A DNA stretch of 64,000 bases from Octopus vulgaris (lineage: Eukaryota), in NCBI GenBank assembly GCA_951406725.2, contig OX597838.1, forward strand, positions 20,274,001-20,338,000, in the 5' to 3' direction. The notes under the pieces were generated by a model that ran no database searches, had not been told where the DNA came from, and saw nothing but the letters and a program-made list of their open reading frames with translations. The translations under genes and the position numbers were made by a program. Below, in pieces: positions 54,715-64,000 of the stretch (positions are counted from its first letter, which is position 1; each line of letters starts with the position of its first letter).

Positions 54715-55096
54715 AAGCACTCCGTCGGTTACGACGACGAGGGTTCCGGTTGATCCGAATCAACGGAACAGCCTGCTCGTGAAATTAACGTGTAAGTGGC
54801 TGAGCACTCCACAGACACGTGTACCCTTAACGTAGTTCTCGGGGATATTCAGCGTGACACAGAGAGTGACAAGGCCGGCCCTTTGAAATACAGGTACAAC
54901 AGAAACAGGAAGTAAGAGTGAGAGAAAGTTGTGGTGAAAGAGTACAGCAGGGATCACCACCATCCCCTGCCGGAGCCACGTGGAGCTTCAGGTGTTTTCG
55001 CTCAATAAACACTCACAACGCCCGGTCTGGGAATCGAAACAGCGATCCTACGACCGCGAGTCCGCTGCCCTAACCACTGGGCCATTGCGCCTCCAC
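54715..55096 (-). mobile_element. tRNA-derived SINE family 3, full length with 13-bp TSD
   Basis: Head GGAGGCGCAATGGCCCAGTGGTTAGGGCAGCGG...TTTCGATTCCC; TSD GATAGATCTAAGG at 54702-54714 and 55097-55109; partial copies at ~40308-40467 and ~1982-2097. Confidence 0.9.
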
Positions 55097-55109
55097 GATA
55101 GATCTAAGG

Positions 55110-55310
55110 CAGTGGTTTTCAACCAGGGTTCCGCCAGTACAGTCCAGGGGTTCCGCAAGAAGTTACAAAAATGCTAAAACCGACAGTAATTTTTAAGTCT
55201 CCTGTGCAGATATGTGTGCATAAGACAATTAAATTATTGCACAGGGGTTCCTCGAGCCAGTGGAACATTTCCTTGGGGTTCTGCTTCAGCAAAAAGTTTG
55301 AAAAGCACTG
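55110..55310. mobile_element. hAT MITE
   Basis: CAGTGGTTTTCAA / TTGAAAAGCACTG TIRs; perfect 8-bp TSD ATCTAAGG. Confidence 0.9.
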
Positions 55311-55396
55311 ATCTAAGGTGTATGTACAAGAGGTGGTCAGACTCTGCACACAGAGTAGACAACCACCTTGTATGTATGTATGTATGTATGTATGTA

Positions 55397-55490
<94 letters not shown>

Positions 55491-56204
55491 GTATGGCGTA
55501 GATGTAATCAAATGAATCCCTCTACTTTGAAATTCACAGGCTTTGTATCTAAATTAGAATTCTTTTCGGCCAAGTCCGAGAGAGATAACTCCGTACGTGT
55601 TCCGCTATTTTATTTTTCTTTACATCATCAGCGAACCAGCAATAACCTTAACTGCAAATCAGTCAGTGAAGAGCTAAATGAATCATTATGTGGTGAATAT
55701 AACATGACTAACCGCTGTTCTGGGTCAAGCGCGCCTAAACTAATTTCTTTTTCTATGGCTAACAGTCGACAGACCTGCGTTGGTTTAAAAATAAAATTGA
55801 CATTTGCAAATGTCATATATATAATCTCAGCCAGTGCAAAACACACAGTAATGTTGTTTGATTAATCTAAATAACATCGTTTCTAAAATAGCTGACGTAA
55901 GGTTGTGATTCTTGTTTCTGGTTTGTTTTGCCTTCACGAAGTAAACAACTAATTACTAGAAATAGCAGCCAAATCACTCTTTGTCTTTGTCTCTGTCTGT
56001 CTGTCTCTGTTTCTCTCTCTTTCTCCTCTCACACCTTATCATATTTTGTATTTTACTTGTTTCAGTCATTTCGACTGTGACCAGGCTGGGGCAATGTCTT
56101 GAAGGGAATGTAGTCGAACAAATCGACTCCCCCCCCAACCCCTTTCTCCACTATTTATTAATTTGTTTAAACCTGGTACTTATTTTATCGGTCTCGTTTT
56201 GCCA

Positions 56205-56378
56205 AGACTGCGCTGTTGGAACAGGGTGAATATGCTGGGTTTCTTGGCGCGGTTGAGGACTTCGATGTTGATGGTTCGGTGGGTCCACTTGATATTTTAA
56301 GATACGCCTCAAGCTACCAATGAGTAAGACGTTGAGAAGCCACTTATGTCTGGAGTAGAGGCTCGAATGTCCCACAGG
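56205..56378 (-). pseudogene. RTE LINE ORF fragment embedded in a family-1 SINE
   Basis: SLYSRHKWLLN...LRRIL / NIKWTHRTINIEVLNRAKKPSIFTLFQQRSL matches RTE LRRILxIxWxDRxxNxEVLxRA. Confidence 0.75.
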
Positions 56379-56689
56379 TTGTCAAGCGGAGGGTGGGGGA
56401 AAAACACAAACACAAATACGTGTATATAAGGGTGTTTTACCCGATCCTCTACGCTGTTTTCACAACTATTTTCCCGCGTTCGAGATTTCTTTCATTTCTA
56501 CAATACCAACTCACTCGACGCTTCAATGTTTGTTTATAAAAATGTTCTCACACTCCAAAAGGTATTATTTATCGCTATAACAAACAAGAATCGTTTAACT
56601 CAATGGTACAGAGTTTGGTTCTCTGTAACGGCTTTGCTGGCCACTCCACTTCCGTCTATAAGGGTATTTTACCCGATATTCTAAGCTGT

Positions 56690-56759
<70 letters not shown>

Positions 56760-58860
56760 GCACACACCCCCACACACACACATCTACGGAGTTTTTTTTT
56801 TTTCAGATTCCATCTACCAAATCCACTCACGAGGCTTTTGGCTGACCCGGGGGTATAGTAGAAAATACTCGCCTTAGGTGCCGCACAGTGGGACTGAACC
56901 CTTGACAGCATAGTTGGGAAGCAATCTTCTTAACCACAGCCACCTATACTTCAAACACATCTTCAAAATCTCCGTCGAGTTTAGAATATGAATGGGACAT
57001 TGTGTTATTATTGAGTAGAAACATGACTGATTTATGCACCAAGGTCCAATATAATTAATCGATATGTCTTCTACGGCGAGTTGGCAGCAACGTTAGGATG
57101 TCGGATATATGCGTTGCGGAATTTGTTCCAGCTCTTTATATCTGATGAAGATCAACTTTGCCTTCGTCCGTCCGTCCGGAAACGATAAAATAAAGCACTA
57201 ATCTAAGAATAGGATCTATGGTACTGATTTAATCTGTCCCTTAAAAACTACTGGTCTTGTGTCTGAATTAAAAACCATTATAGAAGTCCTCGTCTTCATT
57301 ACTAAGTTACTCTTTTACTTGTTTCAGTCATTTGACTGTGACCATGCTGGAGCACCGCCTTTGGTCGAGCAAATCGACCCCAGGACTTATTCTTTGTAAG
57401 CCTAATACTTATTCTATAGGTCTCTTTTGCCGAACCGCTAAGTTACGGGGACGTAAGCACACCAGCATCGGTTGTCAAGCGATGTTGGGGGGTGGACAAA
57501 CACAAACACAGACACACAAACATATATACACACACATATACATATATATACATATATACGACGGGCTTCTTTCAGTTTTCGTCTACCAAATCCACTCACA
57601 AAGCTTTGTTCGGCCCGAGGCTATAGTAGAAGACACTTGCCCAAGGTGCCACGCAGTGGGACTGAACTCGGAACCATGTGGTTGGTAAGCAAGCTACTTA
57701 CCACACAGCCACTCAGAAGAAAGAAGAAGAAGAAGGAGAAGAAGAAGAAGAAGAAGAATAAGAAGAAGAAGAAGAAGAAGAAGAAGTAGTAGTAGTAGTA
57801 GTAGTAGAAGAAGAAGAAGAAGAAGAAGAAGAAGAAGAAGAAGAAGAAGAAGAAGAAGAAGAAGAAGAAGAAGAAGAAGAAGGTATTCGCCTGAACAAAT
57901 ATCTAAAAAATTGATAATAAACAACAGGAGAAATTAATTTCTGCTTGATTAAATCAATCTCTTGTTCTGTTGTTGTTTTTTTTTGTTTGTTTGTTTTTGT
58001 TTTTGTTTTGTTTTTTCATTTAAAAAAAAAATTATCTTGCACAGCATGTTCACAAGGCGTTAGTTAGTAAAACGTCGTTCAGAGAAGCGATGCACATAGC
58101 AACGAAGGTTTGAGAACCGCTCGCGTTACAGGATTGTAAAAATAAATAAATGAATAAATAAATAAATAAATAAAAATTAATAAACGTGAAAATGGCCGCT
58201 GTAGTACGATGGTGTGAAAACCCACTAGAGCGACTTTTGATTTTGATACATACAGAACTTAGATGATTATAGGGCACGGCTGTGTAATAAGAAGTTTACT
58301 TCCCACCAACCGCATGGTTCCTGGTTCAGTTCCACTGCGTGGCACCTTGGGCAACTGTCTTCTACTTATAGCCTCGGACCGGTGAGCTGGCAGACACGTT
58401 AGCGCTCCGGGCGAAATGCTTAGCGGTATTTCGTCTGTCGTTAAGTTCTGAGTTCAAATTCCGCCGAGGTCGACTTTGCCTTTCATCCTTTCGGGGTCGA
58501 TTAAATAAGTACCAGTTACGCACTGGGGTCGATATCATCGACTTAATCCGTTTGTCTGTCCTTGTTTGTCCCCTCTGTGTTTAGCCCCTTGTGGGTAATA
58601 AAGAAATAGGTATTTCGTCTGTCGTTAAGTTCTGAGTTCAAATTCCGCCGAGGTCGACTTTGCCTTTTATCCTTTCGGGGTCGATAGATAAAGTACCAGT
58701 TTCGCACTGGAGTCGATGTAATCGACTTAATACCTATGTCTGTCCTTGTTTGTCCTCTCTATGTTTAGCCCCTTGTGGGCAATAAAGAAATATATAGCCT
58801 CGGACTGACCAAAGCCTTGTGAGTGGATTTGATAGACGGAAACTTAAAGAAGCCTTTCGC

Positions 58861-58911
<51 letters not shown>

Positions 58912-59453
58912 TTTAAGCATATGTCCAGTAATAGAGTGACCAATGGTTTACTTTAGAGTGTTTGCTTCTTACACTGACGATGTGTGTGTATGTGTGTGTG
59001 TATGTATGTATGTATGTATGTATGTATGTATGTATGTATGTCTATGTGTGTGTGTCATTCAAGCGAGGTGGCATCATTCAAAAGCTACAACAATGCAAGT
59101 AAGCGCATTGTGACCAGCGGTGTACCACCACTTCCAATAGTCTGGTCGATAGCGAAATAGAGAGATAATTTTACAAATGAAGTTGCTTTGAAACGATTTC
59201 TGGATCATCTCGTTTCTTTTTACCTTTTTTTTCTTCACAATCTGTTTCAGTCATTAGACTGCGGCCATGCTGGGGCATCACCATGAAGAGCTTTTAGTCA
59301 AATGTATCGGCCCCAGTACTTACTTTTTATAAGCCTGGTACTTATTCTATCGCTCTTTTTTGCCGAACCGCTAAGTTAGGAGGACGTAAGCACACCAGCA
59401 TCGGTTGTCAAGCGGTGGGAGGGACGAACATAGACACAAAGACACGCGCTCGT

Positions 59454-59488
<35 letters not shown>

Positions 59489-60984
59489 CACACACACACA
59501 CACATACATACACAACACACATACATAAATACGACAGGGTTCTTTCAGTTTCCGTCAACCAAATCCACTGACAAGGCTTTGGTCGGGCCGAGGCTATAGT
59601 AGAAGACACTTGCCCAAGGTGCCACGCAGTGAGACTGAACTCGGAACCAAGTAGTTCATAAACAAGCTACTTACCACACAGCCTAGCGGATTATATCATA
59701 TCATTTCATGAACGATCATCATCATCTTGGCGAGAAAAGACAATGTAAAATCTTCGTGCTTAGCAAGAAGTGATCATTTTTAACACGTCTACCAAATCCA
59801 CTCATAAGGCTTTGGTTGACCCGAGGCTATAGTAGAAGACACTTGCCCAAGGTGCCACGCAGTGGGACTGAACTCGGAACCATGTGGCCGGGAAGCAGGC
59901 TTCTTACCACACTACTTAGAATCAACAGACTAATTTGACACAGATTAACGGGAGAGGATTAACGGAGTTTAACGAGAGGATATTAAGAGAGGCTAACAAG
60001 ATTAACGAGCAAAATATTTGTAATTTCGGAGTTTTAGCTCGTAAATTACATGATAGGAAAACGTTTTACATAAATCTTCAGAAACTCGTGTGTTATTCCG
60101 ACATAGCTCTAGTTTATGACACTAAGACAAATCCTTCGGGATTTTAATTTAAAAGTTGTATGTTGTATAGCGAGAATAAAATCCTTAGATAATGTTTTAA
60201 TTAAATCATCATTCTGAACTACACAGGCGTAGGAGTGACTGTGTGGTAAGTAGCTTGCTTACCAACCACATGGTTCCGGGTTCAGTCCCACTGCGTGGCA
60301 CTTTTTGGCAAGTGTCTTCTACTATAACCTCGGGCCGACCAAAGCCTTGTGAGTGGATTTGGTAGACGGAAACTGAAAGAAGCCCGTCGTATATATGTAT
60401 GTATATATGTGTGTTTGTGTGTCTGTGTTTGTCTCCACCCCCAACCAATGCTGGTGTGTTTACGTCCCCGTAACTTAGCGGTTCGGCTAAAAGAGAACCG
60501 ATAGAATAAGTACTGGGCTTACAAAGAATAAGTCCTGGGGGTCGATTTGCTCGACTAAAGGCGGTGCTCCAGCATGGCCACAGTGAAATGACTGAAACAA
60601 GTAAAGGAGTAAGATAGAGAGTGCGTTAATATTTTGTTTTGAACAATAAAACATCGCATTCGCTTAATTTGTGAGTTGAAAATAAATAAATAAATAAATA
60701 AATAACAAATAGAGATAACGAGAGGGGGAGAGAGGGAGAGAAAGAGAGAGATAACGAAAGAGAAAGAGAGAGAAAAAAAAAGCAGGATAGCAACAGTTAA
60801 AATGTATAAGTTACATTTGTGTTGAAATTTCTTAGTGCATGCACACGACCCATATGTTTGTTTAGCGCATGCGCAAATACTAATACCACTCGAACCAACA
60901 AGTACTTGTTTTGAATGTTTTCTGTTTCAGACCATAACGTTCGACTTATCCGGTTTTGGGAGAGATGACCTTCAACCTCTCATG

Positions 60985-61106
60985 CCTCGGATTCCGGATT
61001 TTACCTCAGATTCCGGATTTTCCTCGGATTCCGGATTTTACCTCAGATTCCGGATTTTACCTCGGATTCCGGATTTTACCTCGGATTCTGGATTTTCCTT
61101 ATATCC
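60985..61106 (+). repeat. 19-bp minisatellite x6 ending in a possible transposon terminus
   Basis: Unit cctc(g/a)gattccggatttt(a); ends ttttccttatatcc (reverse complement GGATATAAGGAAAA). Confidence 0.85.
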
Positions 61107-61687
61107 TGACAGAATAAGAAATAAAATCTCGCGCAAACTTTGAAACCACCACCTTCTCTATTAGAAAACAAAAGACTTATGTTATTTCCGGTTTATAAAC
61201 TTAAAGGAAATGCTACGTCATAGATAAAACTTCCCAATACGCTTGAAGTCCTTACTTTTTGATAACTTACTTCAATATATTTGTTCCTTGTTTAAACCCC
61301 ATCACCACTACGTACATACTTTCCCACGGCTTAGATAACAAGCAGTTAGGCCCGGCGATGGGAAGTGCGGGGCCCAATTAGAGAATTGTCAGTGAGGCCC
61401 TCTACTCTATGGAAAAAGCGTTGAGGGCTTGAGGCTCCACCATTAGCCGCAGTGATATACTAAAAGTTCATCATAGCGTCCTCTGCTTGGGCGTGTACGC
61501 GAGGCCCTCTCTTTGCGCGGGGTCCAGTTTGAGCAAGTCTGTTTAATTGGTTTAAAACCGGCACTGCATGCAGTTAACCGTCGTAAAAGAAAGTGAAAGT
61601 AAACTGTCCTAAAAAAAGATAAAAGTAAATTGCACTAGAAACCAAAAGTAACAACAGAATGACTATAGATGCTCGCCAAGAGGCTTA

Positions 61688-62297
61688 AGTAATTTTTAGG
61701 ATCAAACTGCAATAGACATGAACTGGAGTAAACATGAAATTTAATTTCGCAGTAAAATGGTTAAATATTTTCTGTGATGGATTTTAGCATTGCCAAACCG
61801 TCCCAAAACACTTTTTTTGATGTTTCGTTTCGTCTTTTATAAAATATAACCGTATGAAAGAAAACGAAAAGATGAATAAAGAAATATAGTAATTTTTAGG
61901 ATCAATCAAACTGCGATAGACATGAACTGGAGGAAGCATGAAATTTAATTCCGCAGTTAAATGGTTAAATCTTTTCTGTGATGGATTTTAGCATTGCAAA
62001 CCATCCGAAAATACTTTTTTGATGTTTCGTTTCGTCCTTTATAAAATATAAGTGTATGAAAGAAAACGAAAAGATGAATAAAGAAATATAGTAATTTTTA
62101 GGATCAAACTGCAATAGACATGAACTGGAGGAAACATGAAATTTAATTTAAATGGTTAAATCTTTTCTGTGGTGGATTTTAGAATTGCCAAACCGTCCAA
62201 AAACACTTTTTTTGATGTTTCGTTTCGTCCTTTATAAAATATAACCGTATGAAAGAAAACGAAAAAGATGAATAAAGAAATATAGTAATTTTTAGGA
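61688..62297 (+). repeat. ~200-bp tandem repeat x3
   Basis: agtaatttttagga at 61688, 61888, 62090 and 62284 with colinear units. Confidence 0.92.
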
Positions 62298-63030
62298 AGG
62301 GAGGGGCTTGAGACTATGGAATGTATATCAAAGGATCCCGAAGAGTAGAAATAAGGCTAGGAAACGCTGATGCAGACAATATACATATTGAAAGAGAGAG
62401 ATTGGTCCTTGAAGCTGACGTGGAGTAAACAATAGCCATATTTCTGTACTTTAGAGACCTCATCATCATCATTGTTCGACCCACCTACCTACCTACCTAC
62501 TTACCTACCTGCCTACATACATACATACATACATACATGCATACATACATACATACGTACGTACGTATATTCTATGCATACCTATCTACTGGTTGGTGTC
62601 TCCTTGTCTGTCTTTTCGCTTATTCATCGCTGCTCTACTTCTATACGCCATTAAAATGTCAGTGGATGTATTAAATAAGCTTTTATAACTGTCACCATTC
62701 TTTCTGTGACCAGCCAACAACAATGCAAGCTTTATCCAAGCTGTCACTTCAAGTCAGGGTCGTTGTCGTCATCATCATTATCATCATCAGCAGCATTATC
62801 ATCATTATCATCATTGGATCTTTTGTTTCTTTTATCCATGGCGGCGGCAAGTAGAGGGTGGGGTGTCGATTATATAAAGTACCAGTAAAATACTTCAGCC
62901 CACCTAATAATTGCTTTTACCTCTTTACCCTCCTTCTCAGGTGCGTGTCCTTGAGCCTCAGGGTACACCTTTATTAGTGTTGTTGTTGGTATTGTTGATG
63001 TTGACAATCTTCAAGCTTTGAACAACAAAA

Positions 63031-63331
<301 letters not shown>

Positions 63332-64000
63332 TTTTTACATTTTTACGAACATTGTATCAATATAATCCCGGGCAACATTATGTAATGTGTCTCTTCCTTC
63401 AAAATATCATAGGGGTGCCCTTTTAAAGAGGGTGGGGATTTGGCTATTGTTTTTGGCAGGCCGAGTAACCATGTGGACGCTCCATCATTGTTGTTGTTGT
63501 TTTTGATATTGTTGTTTCTGCTGTTATTGTTAACTGCTACGTTAAAGGAGAGTCCAATTCCCATCACAGTATATCTAGGACTACGTTGTCCAATGAAACT
63601 TTCTTCATTTAAGGCATCCAGGTGTGATTTTGAGGGGATAATTAGCTACCATTTCTAATCGTTCGGACAACCAAATAGGAGTTTCTCATTGGCTTGTGTT
63701 ACTCGAGCATTAATTTTGTTGTTGCTTAGCCTCAGGTCAGTTCATATCCAGAAGACCAGTGATCATAGTTCTGACTCTCTTGTCTACTCAGAGTCGAGCA
63801 AAACTGTATTGTACAGTCTGTTCTTACAGTTCTTGAGGAGTCGGAGTTCTTACAGTTCTTGTAGGTCGAAAGACCACGTAGAATTTCATCACTAGATCAT
63901 GACAATCAATTGTTGTTATTATTGTTCTTATTTAACTCTAGCTCAACGCAAAGGTGTTCCAGACTGGCCGTCTAGGTTTAACACACAGTTTATGGTCTTA

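Overview
AT-rich, repeat-saturated eukaryotic DNA, either intergenic or deep intronic. The SINE families and the very high microsatellite density suggest an octopod cephalopod (recognition from memory, not a search). I found no confidently supported host gene; nearly all ORFs in the track are translations of microsatellites or SINEs. The window holds about 40 tRNA-derived SINE copies in several modular families; decayed CR1, RTE, Tx1/L1, CRE and Penelope-like (GIY-YIG) retroelement fragments; a TSD-flanked Merlin/IS1595-type element with an internal 126-bp tandem array; a hAT transposase pseudogene; mariner, pogo-like and hAT MITEs; and two non-autonomous Helitrons. The most interesting signal is a dispersed set of minimal type I hammerhead-ribozyme-like motifs in unrelated, probably Penelope-derived terminal fragments. 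Several sit in the loops of 90-130 bp fold-back repeats next to (TA)n tracts and carry non-canonical cores: a compensatory G3-C8 swap, U4C, A6G, and a stem II of about 114 nt. All structures were folded by eye and no activity is demonstrated.
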